The notes beneath the pieces were generated by a model. It made no database searches. It saw only the letters and a list, made by a program, of their open reading frames with translations, and had not been told where the DNA came from. From positions 575,413 through 639,412 of the forward strand of contig NZ_AP014510.1 of assembly GCF_000828675.1 (NCBI RefSeq): 64,000 nucleotides of DNA, written 5' to 3'. Position numbers and translations under genes: made by a program. The DNA comes from Thermotoga profunda AZM34c06 (lineage in GTDB: Bacteria; Thermotogota; Thermotogae; Thermotogales; DSM-5069). Each line of letters opens with the position of its first letter. Position 1 is the stretch's first letter. Below, piece by piece: positions 10,066 to 20,847 of the stretch.

Positions 10066-10895
10066 TCCTTTTCCCTCCTATTGAGAATTTTTTCGGTGAG
10101 TGTTTTCACATCTTCTTGTGGTGTCGAAGTGCCAGTAACTATACCTATTGTTTTTATAGCACTTAAATCGATTTCATCAACTTCAGATGGTTCTTCTATA
10201 TGTACAGTTTTCGTTATCTGTGAAGCTATCTTAGCAAGTTTTGAAGTGTTTGAACTGTTTTTACCACCAAGAACAATTACAAGGTCACTCTTTCGTGCCA
10301 CTTCTTGCGTTTGAGATTCTCTTTTTGCAGTCACGTCACATATAGTGTTTATCACTCTGAGTTCTTTAAAATTCGAAATATCGATTGACTTTTCTAAGAA
10401 TTTATAGAATTCATACGTCGACATCGTTGTTTGAGATAGAACACAACTTTTAATATGTAAGGGGATTGGTTCTGTCGTTACTATAACATCTTGGACATAA
10501 CCCATTAATGCGATCATCTCTGGGTGATTCTTTTTCCCAAACACTATGATTTTATATCCCTGTTTATGCATTTGTTCTGCTGTCATAAATAATTTCATGA
10601 CGATAGGACAGGTTGTGTCCACGACATCCTTGAAGATCCTTTTCATTTCTTGAAGCTGTTTTCTCGGTATACCATGTGCACGTATTACCAAAACAGAATC
10701 CGCTGCATCTTGTGGAATATCTTCTTGTAATATCTTGATACCTTTTTGCTCAAGCGATCTGATGACGGATTTATTGTGGACGACATCGCCAAGCGTGTAG
10801 ATCTTTTCATGGTTCGCAACTTTTGAATCAATCATTTGTAAAGCTCGCTGAACACCAAAACAGAATCCTGTATCATCAGCAACGATTATTTTCAC
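10062..10895 (-). CDS. ispH: 4-hydroxy-3-methylbut-2-enyl diphosphate reductase IspH/LytB
   Basis: N-terminal MKIIVADDTGFCFGVQRA with the conserved Cys, and a later TICDVT motif. 277 aa. Confidence 0.85.
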   Translation of the reverse strand: MKIIVADDTGFCFGVQRALQMIDSKVANHEKIYTLGDVVHNKSVIRSLEQKGIKILQEDIPQDAADSVLVIRAHGIPRKQLQEMKRIFKDVVDTTCPIVMKLFMTAEQMHKQGYKIIVFGKKNHPEMIALMGYVQDVIVTTEPIPLHIKSCVLSQTTMSTYEFYKFLEKSIDISNFKELRVINTICDVTAKRESQTQEVARKSDLVIVLGGKNSSNTSKLAKIASQITKTVHIEEPSEVDEIDLSAIKTIGIVTGTSTPQEDVKTLTEKILNRREKE

Positions 10896-11547
10896 AGTCC
10901 ATCCTCCTGAGTGCGATCTGACAAATTTCTTCTACAACTTGATCGATATTCTTGCCTGTTGTGTCGATAACTAAAGCATCCTCAGCAGGCTTCATTGGAG
11001 CAAGTGATCTTTTTGAGTCCTGTTCATCTCTGAGTCTTATCTGATTTGCAATTTCCTCAAATGTGAGATGAATCCCCTTTTCTTGTAATTCTTTGAGCCT
11101 TCTTCTCACCCTTTCATCGAATGAAGCTGTTAAAAAAATTTTAACCTGCGCATTAGGCAAAACAACCGTTCCTATATCTCTTCCTTCAACCACGAACTTG
11201 CCATCTTTACATATATCTCTTTGAAGTTGAGTTAATCTCGATCGCACAGCTGGATTAACGGCAAAGTCCGACGCGAGCTTTCCAGCTTGAGCAGATCGTA
11301 TTTGCTCAGAAACCCTTGCACCATTTATGTACAGTTCACCATCTTTATAACATAGATCTATGTGGTCGAGCTCATTAGATAAATCATCTGAAGGCGATAG
11401 ATTTTTTGAATGCAAATACAAAGCAACCGCTCTGTACATAGCCCCTGTATCAAGATAATTCATTCCAAGTCTTTCTGCCACAAGTTTCGCAACAGTGGAT
11501 TTTCCAGAACCAGCAGGTCCATCTATTGCTATAAGAAAATGTCTCAA
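10876..11547 (-). CDS. cmk: cytidylate kinase
   Basis: IAIDGPAGSGKST P-loop and YLDTGAMYR. Start moved from TTG 11574 to TTG 11547, which has a GGAGGAAG RBS and lies 1 nt after the STAS gene stop. Confidence 0.8.
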   Translation of the reverse strand: MRHFLIAIDGPAGSGKSTVAKLVAERLGMNYLDTGAMYRAVALYLHSKNLSPSDDLSNELDHIDLCYKDGELYINGARVSEQIRSAQAGKLASDFAVNPAVRSRLTQLQRDICKDGKFVVEGRDIGTVVLPNAQVKIFLTASFDERVRRRLKELQEKGIHLTFEEIANQIRLRDEQDSKRSLAPMKPAEDALVIDTTGKNIDQVVEEICQIALRRMDCENNRC

Positions 11548-11548
11548 C

Positions 11549-11887
11549 TCACGCTTCCTCCGGAATATCGACAATTTTGAAAACTTTGTCCAGTCTGGTC
11601 ATTTCAAAGATTCGCTTCACATTTTGCCTTAGAGAAGCTAACACAAGCTCTTTTTGGAGGTTTCTCGCATCTTTTAAAAGCGACACCATCGTGCCAAGCC
11701 CAGCACTGTCAATGTATGGAACGTTTGACATATCTAAAACTATTTTTGTATCTTTTGATTTCTCAAGTTGTTCTTTGATAGTTTTTTTAATTTCTGCCGA
11801 GTGATACGCATCAAAATCTCCTTCGATTTTGCAGATCAACTTAGATTTTGCCTGTTCAAATTTCACAGTTACATCATTCATTATCAA
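11549..11887 (-). CDS. STAS-domain anti-sigma factor antagonist (SpoIIAA-like)
   Basis: 112 aa with the conserved phosphorylatable-Ser region (YIDSAGLG). Confidence 0.7.
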   Translation of the reverse strand: MIMNDVTVKFEQAKSKLICKIEGDFDAYHSAEIKKTIKEQLEKSKDTKIVLDMSNVPYIDSAGLGTMVSLLKDARNLQKELVLASLRQNVKRIFEMTRLDKVFKIVDIPEEA

Positions 11888-13632
11888 TCGCCTCCAAGTT
11901 TTATTTTGAGTTCTTTTAATTGTCTCTCACTGACAACATCTGGAGCTCCAGTGAGCGGACAGACTCCACTTGAAGTTTTTGGAAACGCTATCACATCCCT
12001 TATCGAAGAAACGTCACAGATTATTGCAACCAATCTGTCCAAACCAAGCGCTATGCCACCATGAGGTGGTGCACCATATTGAAATGCTTCCAACAAGAAG
12101 CCAAACTTTACCTTGATTTCATCTTCAGACAGCTGCATGAGTTTGAAAACTTCCCTTTGAAGTTCTGCATTGTGAATTCTAACACTTCCAGATCCAACTT
12201 CAAAACCATTTATAACAATGTCATAAGATTGTGCCCTAATTTTTGAAAGATCGCTGTCTCTGTATTTCTCAAGGTCTTCCAAATTTGGCATCGTGAAGGG
12301 ATGATGCTGTGCCACAAACCTGTTTTCTTCTTCGCTGTACTCGAACATGGGAAAGTCTATGACCCAGAAGATATCAAAACCTGTTTTCAAGTGAGAGAAG
12401 AATCTCTCTCCAAGGAGCTTTCTAATTTCGCCGAGTGTGCTGTTTACAATATTGTTCTTGCCAACTGCGAAAATAAAAACATCCTTTGGTTGCATCGAGA
12501 GTTTCTCAACGACTGTTTTGTAATTTTTCTCAAGATATCTCAAAGCCGAACCTCGTAATACGTTGTTTTGATCAACTGCAAACCACAAGATCCCACCAAG
12601 TCCAAGAGATTTGGCCAGTTCATCTAATTCATCCGCAAGTTTTCGTGTCATCTTTTCCGAAAAATTCTTCAGTGTAAAACCTTTGATAACACCATTTTGT
12701 GCCAGTACATTCGATATCACATGATACTCTGATTCCATGAAACAATCGCTCACATCTTTGAACTCCATGCCTATTCTTCTATCTGGTTTGTCTGAGCCAT
12801 ATGTATTCATACAATAATCATAAGTGAGATGATCTAATTTGTCTGGAAGTTCGACATCTAACACCTGTTTAAAAACAAATTTAAGCATATTCTCAGTAAC
12901 TTGCAACACATCTTCTCTTGTGTTGAAAGACATCTCTATGTCAATTTGGGTAAATTCCGGCTGTCTATCTGCCCTGAGATCTTCATCGCGAAAACACCTT
13001 ACAATTTGAAAATACCTGTCCAAGCCACTAACCATCAACAATTGTTTGAAAAGTTGTGGTGATTGTGGCAAGGCGTAGAATGTACCGGGTTTTAATCTCG
13101 ATGGTACTAAGAAATCTCTTGCACCTTCTGGTGTGCTTTTTGTTAAAAAGGGAGTCTCGACTTCTACAAAACCCTGAGAAGTCAGATAATTTCTCACAGC
13201 TTGAGCGACCTTGTGCCTTATTATTATTTTGTCCATTGCTTCTTTTCTTCTCAGATCGATATAACGATATTTCAACCTGACATCTTCTGAAGGAAGTTTC
13301 GTCTCCCCAGGATAGAATGGAAGATCTTTGAGTGGAGATGAAAGAACGATAATCTTTTCAGCCACAACCTCTACTTCGCCTGTCGCGAGATCTTTGTTTA
13401 TTGTCTCTTTTGGTCTTTCTCTAACGACACCTTCAACTTGGACAACTGATTCTCTACGCAGGTCTGCATGATTATCAGAGGACAAAACAACTTGTGTCAA
13501 ACCATACCTGTCTCTGAGCATTATGAACTTCACACCACCAAGATCCCTGATTCTGTCTACCCAACCTGCTAAAACGACTTTTTTACCGACATCTTGAATT
13601 CTAAGCTCACCACATGTGTGGGTTCTAAGCAT
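11884..13632 (-). CDS. aspS: aspartate--tRNA ligase
   Basis: N-terminal OB anticodon-binding domain ([11 protein letters not shown]...VVLAGWV), class II motifs and the insertion domain typical of bacterial AspRS. 582 aa. Confidence 0.9.
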   Translation of the reverse strand: MLRTHTCGELRIQDVGKKVVLAGWVDRIRDLGGVKFIMLRDRYGLTQVVLSSDNHADLRRESVVQVEGVVRERPKETINKDLATGEVEVVAEKIIVLSSPLKDLPFYPGETKLPSEDVRLKYRYIDLRRKEAMDKIIIRHKVAQAVRNYLTSQGFVEVETPFLTKSTPEGARDFLVPSRLKPGTFYALPQSPQLFKQLLMVSGLDRYFQIVRCFRDEDLRADRQPEFTQIDIEMSFNTREDVLQVTENMLKFVFKQVLDVELPDKLDHLTYDYCMNTYGSDKPDRRIGMEFKDVSDCFMESEYHVISNVLAQNGVIKGFTLKNFSEKMTRKLADELDELAKSLGLGGILWFAVDQNNVLRGSALRYLEKNYKTVVEKLSMQPKDVFIFAVGKNNIVNSTLGEIRKLLGERFFSHLKTGFDIFWVIDFPMFEYSEEENRFVAQHHPFTMPNLEDLEKYRDSDLSKIRAQSYDIVINGFEVGSGSVRIHNAELQREVFKLMQLSEDEIKVKFGFLLEAFQYGAPPHGGIALGLDRLVAIICDVSSIRDVIAFPKTSSGVCPLTGAPDVVSERQLKELKIKLGGD

Positions 13633-13744
13633 CTGTCATCCTCCTATTTCTCACCTTGAATACTATATCATCGTTCTTGAGAATAATATATCACGCGTGT
13701 GCGATCTTAAGGATATAAAATATAAATAACAAGGAGGTGTTTGT

Positions 13745-15433
13745 GTGAAATTTTCGCAGTTTGAGTACAAAAGGCCAAATCTAAACACAATTCAAAGTGA
13801 ATTCAAAGAGTACGTTGAACAATTGAAAAGAGCAAACAGCGTTGAAAAAGCAAAGAATTGTGTAGAAAAAATCAACAGGATCAGGGAGGATTTTTCCACT
13901 GCGTCATCCATTTGCATGATTCGCTTTTGTATGAACACAAAGGATGAATTCTACAAGAAAGAGAAAGATTATTTTGACAGCGCAAATCCAGTGATGGAAG
14001 GTCTTGTCAATGATTACTACAAGGCACTGATCGATTCGAAATTCAAAGAAGAACTTGAAGAAGTATTTGGTGAGCAACTTTTCAACATTGCAAATCTCGC
14101 TGTTAAAACTTTCAAACCAGAAATTTTGGAAGATCTCATTCAGGAAAACAAACTTGCAACTCAATATGCCGAATTGGTCTCGTCTGCCCAGATTCAGTTC
14201 AATGGCAAGAGATTAACAATTCCTCAATTGCGTGCGTTCATGCTTTCACCAGACCGAAGTATTCGAAGGCAAGCTGCGGAAACTTTGTATTCTTTCTTTT
14301 CATCTAACCAAGAAAGATCCGATGAAATATACGATCAACTTGTAAAACTCAGAACAAAGATCGCACATAAACTCGGTTATGGATCTTTTACTCAACTTGG
14401 TTACGATAGACTCGGTCGTTCAGATTACAATCCGAAGATGGTCAATGCCTTGCGAGAGGCTATTAAAAAATATGTAGTTCCCGTTGTAACCGAACTTCGA
14501 GAAAGACAAACCGAACAACTTGGTCTGGATAAATTGAAATATTACGATCTTTCAATCATCCTGAAAGAAGGGAATCCAAGACCAAAAGGAGATGAAGATG
14601 AGATAGTTTCGAAGGCAAAGAAAATGTATCAAGAAATGTCAGATGAAACCGCTGAGTTTTTCAATTTCATGCTTGAAAATGAGTTGTTGGATCTCAAATG
14701 TCGCGATGGTAAATATCCCGGCGGTTTTTGCAACTTCGTAGCTAATTACAGATCTCCTTTTATCTTTGCGAATTTCAATGGAACCGAACATGACGTTGAA
14801 GTGTTAACCCACGAGGCAGGTCATGCCTTTCAAGTTTACAGAAGTAGAGATTTCAAGATCCCCGAATATCATTGGCCTACACTTGAAGCATGTGAAATAC
14901 ATTCTATGAGCATGGAATTCTTCGCATGGCCGTGGATGGAGTATTTTTATCAAGATCAAGCAGAGAAAGCAAAGCTCGTTCATTTATGGGGGACTTTGAA
15001 TTTCATTCCTTATGGAACGTGTGTAGATGAATTTCAACACTGTGTTTATGAAAACCCAAATATCACACCAAAAGAGAGAAGAAAACTGTGGCGGGAGATA
15101 GAGAAAACTTATATGCCAGAAATAGACTATGATGGCAACCAGTTTTTGGAGAATGGCGGCAGATGGCACCAACAAGGGCACATCTTTGAAGATCCTTTCT
15201 ATTATATAGACTATGTTCTCGCACAAATTTGCGCGTTTCAATTTTGGATGAGATCTGTTAATGATAGAGAAAATGCTTTCAAAGATTATGTAAAACTCTG
15301 TGATATGGGAGGAAGCCTGCCTTTTACCAAACTCTTAGCCGTTGCGAAACTGTCTTCGCCGTTTGAGAAAAGAACAATTGAATCGGTGGCGAGATATGTT
15401 TCAAATTGGATTCACATGCACAGTAATGTGTAA
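13745..15433 (+). CDS. M3B-family oligoendopeptidase (PepF-like)
   Basis: HEAGHAFQ zinc-binding HExxH motif, 562 aa. GTG start with AAGGAGGTG RBS. Confidence 0.8.
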   Translation: MKFSQFEYKRPNLNTIQSEFKEYVEQLKRANSVEKAKNCVEKINRIREDFSTASSICMIRFCMNTKDEFYKKEKDYFDSANPVMEGLVNDYYKALIDSKFKEELEEVFGEQLFNIANLAVKTFKPEILEDLIQENKLATQYAELVSSAQIQFNGKRLTIPQLRAFMLSPDRSIRRQAAETLYSFFSSNQERSDEIYDQLVKLRTKIAHKLGYGSFTQLGYDRLGRSDYNPKMVNALREAIKKYVVPVVTELRERQTEQLGLDKLKYYDLSIILKEGNPRPKGDEDEIVSKAKKMYQEMSDETAEFFNFMLENELLDLKCRDGKYPGGFCNFVANYRSPFIFANFNGTEHDVEVLTHEAGHAFQVYRSRDFKIPEYHWPTLEACEIHSMSMEFFAWPWMEYFYQDQAEKAKLVHLWGTLNFIPYGTCVDEFQHCVYENPNITPKERRKLWREIEKTYMPEIDYDGNQFLENGGRWHQQGHIFEDPFYYIDYVLAQICAFQFWMRSVNDRENAFKDYVKLCDMGGSLPFTKLLAVAKLSSPFEKRTIESVARYVSNWIHMHSNV

Positions 15434-16092
15434 AGTTCATCGAAATTTTTAACAATTTTGAAATCATTGTTTTTATTGACGCCGGATGGATCAAAGAGTA
15501 TGAAATCCATTCCGGCGTTTTTTGTTGCTTGATAATCTACCACAGGATCATCTCCAACATAAACTGAATCTTTGAGGTTCACGTTACTCATTTTGGAAGC
15601 CTGAATGAACATCGCAGGATCTGGTTTTGGTTTTTTCACTTGCTCGGAGGTGAGAATAAATTCTACGTAATTTTCCAATTTGAGTATCTTTGATCTGCCG
15701 TGTTGGACTTTCTGTACACCATTTGTGAGTACTGCCATTCTCTGACCTTGGGATTTCATTTTTTCAAGAAATTCCTTAGCTCCTGGCATGAAATAGGCGG
15801 TCTTTGAGAGTTTATCGAGGTATTCTTGAGCGACTTTTTCTGCAGATATATTCAGTAAACCAATTTTTTCAAGAAATTCTTTAAATCTCGCCACAACTAT
15901 GTGATCCTTGCTGTACAAGCCTTTGGAAAAATCTTGCCACCATTTTTTATTTATCTGAATATACAATTCGACTTGCTCATCGCTGAGCTCAAAACCATAC
16001 TTTGAAAACACATAGCATAGCGACTCTTTCTCGGAACGAGAAAAATCAAGTAGAGTATTATCTAAATCAAAATAGACCATTTCATATTTCAT
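15412..16092 (-). CDS. HAD-IA family hydrolase (YjjG-like phosphatase/nucleotidase)
   Basis: N-terminal DLDNTLLDF motif and a C-terminal GDD motif. 226 aa. Confidence 0.7.
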   Translation of the reverse strand: MKYEMVYFDLDNTLLDFSRSEKESLCYVFSKYGFELSDEQVELYIQINKKWWQDFSKGLYSKDHIVVARFKEFLEKIGLLNISAEKVAQEYLDKLSKTAYFMPGAKEFLEKMKSQGQRMAVLTNGVQKVQHGRSKILKLENYVEFILTSEQVKKPKPDPAMFIQASKMSNVNLKDSVYVGDDPVVDYQATKNAGMDFILFDPSGVNKNNDFKIVKNFDELYTLLCM

Positions 16093-17080
16093 CTTTCGAA
16101 CTCCTCACAATCTCTAAAATAGTTTCCCATGTCTTTTTTGCGTCATCTGGAGAGATACTGCTTATATGTTCACAAGCATATACACCCCAGAAAAGTATCT
16201 TTTCTATTTGATTATCTTTCATTGTTTTGAAACCTTCTATCAATTCTTTTTCTCTGTTTGAAGGAACCTTAAAACCTTGGAGCCACATGTGGTTTGTCTT
16301 GGTGTACTTTTTCGAGAGTTCTTTTATAGTATTTGCGGCATTCTCAACGAAGGGATTTGCAGGCAGTCCAAAAGCGAACCAATAAGGGTCTGTGCCAATG
16401 TCATCTATCGATGAAAGTTTAGCTATACTCTCAAAATCTCTGATGCCAAAAAGCTCTGTCTCAAAAGGAAGAAAACACACGATGTTTTTTAGACCTTTTT
16501 GTTTCGCGTATTCAGTCATTTGCCTGAAAAATTCTATTGCCGTATCATTTCTAAAATCTGAGACATCTTGGTTGTACTCGATAGGCATTTCATAACCATA
16601 TTTCTCCTCAAAGGCAGATCTGCATCTTTCGCACCTACAAGTCCACTTTTGTGGAAAATCGGTGATAGGTGTTGGTATGTGAAAGTGTGGTTCATCCCAG
16701 AATACTGCATCAAATTTCGCTTCTTTTACACTATCGATCCACTGTTTCATGTATTCTTTAAAAACTTCAGATCTCAAACAAACTGATCCCTTCAGTTTTC
16801 CATCGTTACCCACCTGAGCTTCACTCATGTTATTTTGAAGAAAGCCACTGAAGGCTTCTCCACCAAAAATTCCACCCCAACCCCATGGATCTGCCCATAT
16901 CTCAAAACCCATGTCTTTACTCATCTTTGCTATTTGTCTCATAGTTTTTTCATAGAATTTGAAATCATTTTCGCTGTATGTGTGTACCAAGATGTCAAAA
17001 CCAACTTCTTTAAGTGTTTGAAGGTCTTTCCCAACATACCAAGGCATTCTATTTCCAAAGTAGCTTACACCGAATTTCAT
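16082..17080 (-). CDS. hypothetical TIM-barrel-like protein (possible clan GH-A-like glycosidase relative)
   Basis: 332 aa. WDEPH segment resembles the GH-A strand-4 NEP motif and FETELFG resembles the strand-7 nucleophile motif. Also a CRCERC cysteine cluster. No firm family assignment. Confidence 0.35.
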   Translation of the reverse strand: MKFGVSYFGNRMPWYVGKDLQTLKEVGFDILVHTYSENDFKFYEKTMRQIAKMSKDMGFEIWADPWGWGGIFGGEAFSGFLQNNMSEAQVGNDGKLKGSVCLRSEVFKEYMKQWIDSVKEAKFDAVFWDEPHFHIPTPITDFPQKWTCRCERCRSAFEEKYGYEMPIEYNQDVSDFRNDTAIEFFRQMTEYAKQKGLKNIVCFLPFETELFGIRDFESIAKLSSIDDIGTDPYWFAFGLPANPFVENAANTIKELSKKYTKTNHMWLQGFKVPSNREKELIEGFKTMKDNQIEKILFWGVYACEHISSISPDDAKKTWETILEIVRSSKDEI

Positions 17081-17979
17081 ATGGATTGCCCCCTTTCTTT
17101 CAAAAATTCCACGACTTCATCTTGAGTTGGTATTGAACTTTGCGCCCCTTTTCTTGTAACACTGATAGCAGCTGCCGCACTTGCAAAGATCAATGCTTTT
17201 TGGAGGTCTTTTGTTCTATCGAATTCGGCAGCAAAACCTGCATTGAAGATATCTCCTGCAGCAGTTGTGTCTATTGGTTTTACTTTGAAAGCCTCTGTTT
17301 TTACCTGTCCAAACTCTCCTTTAAAGAAAGAACCCCTTTCCCCCATTTTCACAAGTACATTCCTGCAGCCGGCTTTTAAGAGTTTTTCAACAGCCAGATC
17401 AATCTCTTTGATCTCTGTCAAAGTAAAGATCTCCGATTCATTTGGAGTTATGATATCAACGTATTTGAAAATTTCTTTGTCTATATTTTGAGCCGGTGCA
17501 GGATCAAAGATCACTAATTTACCATGTTTCTTGAAAAGCCTTGCTACCTCAAATGTGGTTTCAAAAGGTATCTCGTTTTGAAGAAGTACCATATGTGCCT
17601 TGAGTAATTCTTGTGATCTTTCATGGATAAGATCTTTTGTCAATAAACCATTTGATCCTGGATATATTATTATTCTGTTTTCACCATCTTTCGTGATCTC
17701 TATCAAAGCAAAACCATTTGGAAGATTTGTTTTTACTGCAAATTTCTCAACACCTGCTTGGGATAGTTTTTCAAATGCAAATTGACCATTTCCATCATTT
17801 CCGACACAGGTGAGAAAAGCGACTTCTGTTCCTAATTTTTTACACGCAACCGCTTGATTTGCCCCTTTACCACCTGCAAATCTTTCGAAAGAAAGACATC
17901 TTTGTGTTTCACCTGGTTTTGTAAAATGATCAACGGTGACAACAAGATCAACATTGTTGCTACCAACAATCGCAACCAT
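17077..17979 (-). CDS. rbsK: ribokinase (PfkB family)
   Basis: N-terminal GSNNVDL, NGFAL, and the DTTAAGDIFNAGFA anion-hole motif near the C-terminus. 300 aa. Confidence 0.85.
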   Translation of the reverse strand: MVAIVGSNNVDLVVTVDHFTKPGETQRCLSFERFAGGKGANQAVACKKLGTEVAFLTCVGNDGNGQFAFEKLSQAGVEKFAVKTNLPNGFALIEITKDGENRIIIYPGSNGLLTKDLIHERSQELLKAHMVLLQNEIPFETTFEVARLFKKHGKLVIFDPAPAQNIDKEIFKYVDIITPNESEIFTLTEIKEIDLAVEKLLKAGCRNVLVKMGERGSFFKGEFGQVKTEAFKVKPIDTTAAGDIFNAGFAAEFDRTKDLQKALIFASAAAAISVTRKGAQSSIPTQDEVVEFLKERGQSI

Positions 17980-18082
17980 TTATTCGCCTCCTAAAAATGG
18001 AGTTTAACACAGATTTTGTATCAAAGAAGCTTGATTGTGATTAAATACTAATTGGTAGGCACCTTATTAGGAGGGGTAAAAA

Positions 18083-20122
18083 TTGAACAACGAGACAATA
18101 GAACTCACTTTATCTGATATCTTTAAAATCTTCAAAAGACGTTTTTGGTGGTTTTTGATGGTCTTTCTTGTGGTGTCTTTTGGAACTTTGATCTATCTTT
18201 TGTTTTTTACAAAACCTATTTATCAAGCAAGCGCACAGCTTCTCATGCAAACCAGCCAACCGACGATAAGTATCCCAAGCGCTGTGACCCAATTAATGGG
18301 TGTCAGCAGTCTGGGTGGGGGCACTGATGTCCAGACAGAGATCGAACTGATGAAAAGTCGACAAAACATAGAAAAATTGATTAATCAACTTAATTTGATG
18401 GAATTGTTCAAAGATAAGCAAGTGTCACTCGAAGATGTTGTGAATGTAATCAGTGAAAAATGGTTGAAGATAGAAAGTGTTAAGAACACAAGAGTAATAC
18501 AAGTATCAGCTGAACATGAGAATCCAGAAGTCGCAGCAAAAGTTGTGAATTCTTTGATCGATATTTATTTAGACATGAGAAGTCGGTTGATTGTGAATGA
18601 ATACAGCGCTCGTGTTGATTTCATAGAAAGGCAATTACCTGGTATTGAGCAGGAATTGAAAGATGTCGAAGATAGATTGAGAAAATTTAAAGAGGAAAAC
18701 CAGATTTATTCGCTGAGTGATCAAACGGCAAAACTCGTTGAAGGTGTAGCACAGTTTGATGCGAAGGTTTATGAAGCAAAAGTGTCCATAGAACAAGTCA
18801 AGACTGGGATCAAGGCAGCAGAAGATATGTTGAAAAAGGTTGATCAAAAGATTGTATCGTCTGAAACAATTAGCACGAATCCCGTTGTTCAACAACTTCG
18901 ATCTAAACTCGTTGATCTTCAGGTAGAGCTTTCTGCTTTGCTCCAGACATATTCAGAAACCGATAGAAGGGTTGTCTCGTTGAAGAAACAAATCGAAGAA
19001 ACACAAGATCTTTTGCAAAAAGAGATTAGTAAGGTTATAAGTGCAGAGATTCAAACGATAAATCCCGCTTATTCTGAACTTTATACTACCTGGATTTTAA
19101 AGCAAACAGAGCTTCAAGTTCAGCAAGCAACTTTAGTTGCCGTGGAGAAAATCAGAGATGAATATCTAAAGAAAGTTTCAACAATTCCATCGATTGAACA
19201 AAAGCTTTTCGAATTAGAGAGACAAAAACAGGCAAAACAAACTACCTATTTAGCTCTTTTGAGCCAGTACGAACAGGCAAAAATAGGTGCTGTTGGTACC
19301 GTTAGTAATGTGCGTGTTATCACAAGCGCTGTTATACCAAATAGACCTTCAAAACCGAATAAAAAACTCACACTTGCCATAGGCGGTGTACTGGGGATCT
19401 TTCTTGGGATTGTCGTGGTTTTCATCAGAGAAGTGACAGATAAGAAATTCAGAGCACCAGATGAATTAGAAAGAATCTTTCCAAAGATACCAATCTTGGG
19501 AACGATATCGCATGACAAAACTGCGAAGGGTAAAGATCTTTTGGTCACATTTGAATGTGAAAAAGAAGAGATCTGCAGTGATTTCAAATACGCAGCCGCA
19601 ATGGTATTGGATATGCCTATAAAAATTTTTGGCTTGACGAGTGCAGGTGAAAAGGAAGGGAAGACCTTTGTTGCTTCCAATCTTGCATATATTCTTTCAA
19701 AAATGGCTCAAAAAACTTTGTTGATCGATATGAGTACAAACTCACCCATGCTTTCAGAGGTTTTCTCTCTTGAAAATAATGGTGATATCAGAGATTTGAT
19801 CAATGGATTGCCTTTAGAAAACTGTATCACGAAATTTTCTGATAATCTCCACATCTTACCACTTAACGAAAAAGATAGTTGGTTTCTCAGCAATCCAAAA
19901 CTTGTCGACTCTCTTGGAAAACTCGTTGGATTATACGACAAGATCATCGTAGATATGCCGTCGCTCAATAGTGCAGAGGGTATTCTTGCAAGCAAAGCTG
20001 TTGAAAAATTTGCTCTGGTGATTTGTCTTGGCAAGAGTAATAAGAGCTTAATCACTTCGTTTGTCAATTCAAACACTGCAAATAAATTGATTGGTATTAT
20101 TGTAAACGGGATTAATCGATGA
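18083..20122 (+). CDS. polysaccharide co-polymerase (Wzz/GumC-like) fused to a CpsD/BY-kinase-like P-loop domain
   Basis: N-terminal TM and a long coiled-coil periplasmic region. A second TM near residue 430. The C-terminal domain has a Walker A-like AGEKEGKT, LLIDMSTNSP (Walker A'-like) and IIVDMPS (Walker B-like). No C-terminal tyrosine cluster. TTG start with GGAGGGG RBS. Confidence 0.65.
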   Translation: MNNETIELTLSDIFKIFKRRFWWFLMVFLVVSFGTLIYLLFFTKPIYQASAQLLMQTSQPTISIPSAVTQLMGVSSLGGGTDVQTEIELMKSRQNIEKLINQLNLMELFKDKQVSLEDVVNVISEKWLKIESVKNTRVIQVSAEHENPEVAAKVVNSLIDIYLDMRSRLIVNEYSARVDFIERQLPGIEQELKDVEDRLRKFKEENQIYSLSDQTAKLVEGVAQFDAKVYEAKVSIEQVKTGIKAAEDMLKKVDQKIVSSETISTNPVVQQLRSKLVDLQVELSALLQTYSETDRRVVSLKKQIEETQDLLQKEISKVISAEIQTINPAYSELYTTWILKQTELQVQQATLVAVEKIRDEYLKKVSTIPSIEQKLFELERQKQAKQTTYLALLSQYEQAKIGAVGTVSNVRVITSAVIPNRPSKPNKKLTLAIGGVLGIFLGIVVVFIREVTDKKFRAPDELERIFPKIPILGTISHDKTAKGKDLLVTFECEKEEICSDFKYAAAMVLDMPIKIFGLTSAGEKEGKTFVASNLAYILSKMAQKTLLIDMSTNSPMLSEVFSLENNGDIRDLINGLPLENCITKFSDNLHILPLNEKDSWFLSNPKLVDSLGKLVGLYDKIIVDMPSLNSAEGILASKAVEKFALVICLGKSNKSLITSFVNSNTANKLIGIIVNGINR

Positions 20123-20847
20123 TCAGGGAGATAACGGCTAAAACAGCCATTACTCGCACTAAGATCCCCGTTGCAAAATATGTGATCAACCCATACATCG
20201 GTTGCACTTTTGGATGTTTATATTGTTATGCCCGTTTCATAGGACCTTTCAAATACACTGGTTACAAATGGGGAAAAGATGTTTTGGTCAAAACCAACGT
20301 TGCACAACTGGTTGAAAAAGAATTGATCAAAACTAAAGGTGATTTCTTCCTGTCGAGTATTTGCGATCCATACCAACACATGGAAAAAAAGTATGAAATG
20401 ACACGAAAGATCATTCAGATTCTAACTTCACATTTCAGAAAAGCTCACATCATGACCAAATCAAATCTCATTTTGAGAGATATCGATCTTCTGAAAGACC
20501 TTTCTGTAACACTTACAATTACTACAGACCGCGAAGATGTTAGAAAGATTCTTGAGCCAGGTGCTCCTTCCGTTGAAGAGAGATTTGAAACACTCAGAAA
20601 ACTCAAGGAAGCTGGTATTGATGTCTCTGTCTTTGTAGGACCTGTTATTGTTATGGATGCAGAGCATCTTGCCTATATGCTTTCAAAGTATGTAGATAGA
20701 GTAATGCTCGATGCACTCAATTACCATAGGCAAGTGCAAATGGTGTATGAAAAATATGGTTGGACGGATTGGCTGACCAAAGACAAGTTTCTTGAAGTAG
20801 TTGAAAGATTTGAGAGAGTTTTTGGAAAAGGTTCTGTTAGATATTGA
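20119..20847 (+). CDS. radical SAM protein, SplB/COG1533-like (spore-photoproduct-lyase/DNA-photolyase family)
   Basis: CTFGCLYC = CxxxCxxC radical-SAM cluster motif close to the N-terminus. 242 aa. Start overlaps the wzz-like stop (ATGA). Confidence 0.65.
   Translation: MIREITAKTAITRTKIPVAKYVINPYIGCTFGCLYCYARFIGPFKYTGYKWGKDVLVKTNVAQLVEKELIKTKGDFFLSSICDPYQHMEKKYEMTRKIIQILTSHFRKAHIMTKSNLILRDIDLLKDLSVTLTITTDREDVRKILEPGAPSVEERFETLRKLKEAGIDVSVFVGPVIVMDAEHLAYMLSKYVDRVMLDALNYHRQVQMVYEKYGWTDWLTKDKFLEVVERFERVFGKGSVRY

Noticed and set aside
13633-13744. Searched the aspS upstream/divergent region for a T-box leader.
   Set aside because: No specifier-loop/T-box (AGGGUGGNACCGCG) sequence is present. 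The region is only 110 nt and holds divergent promoters.
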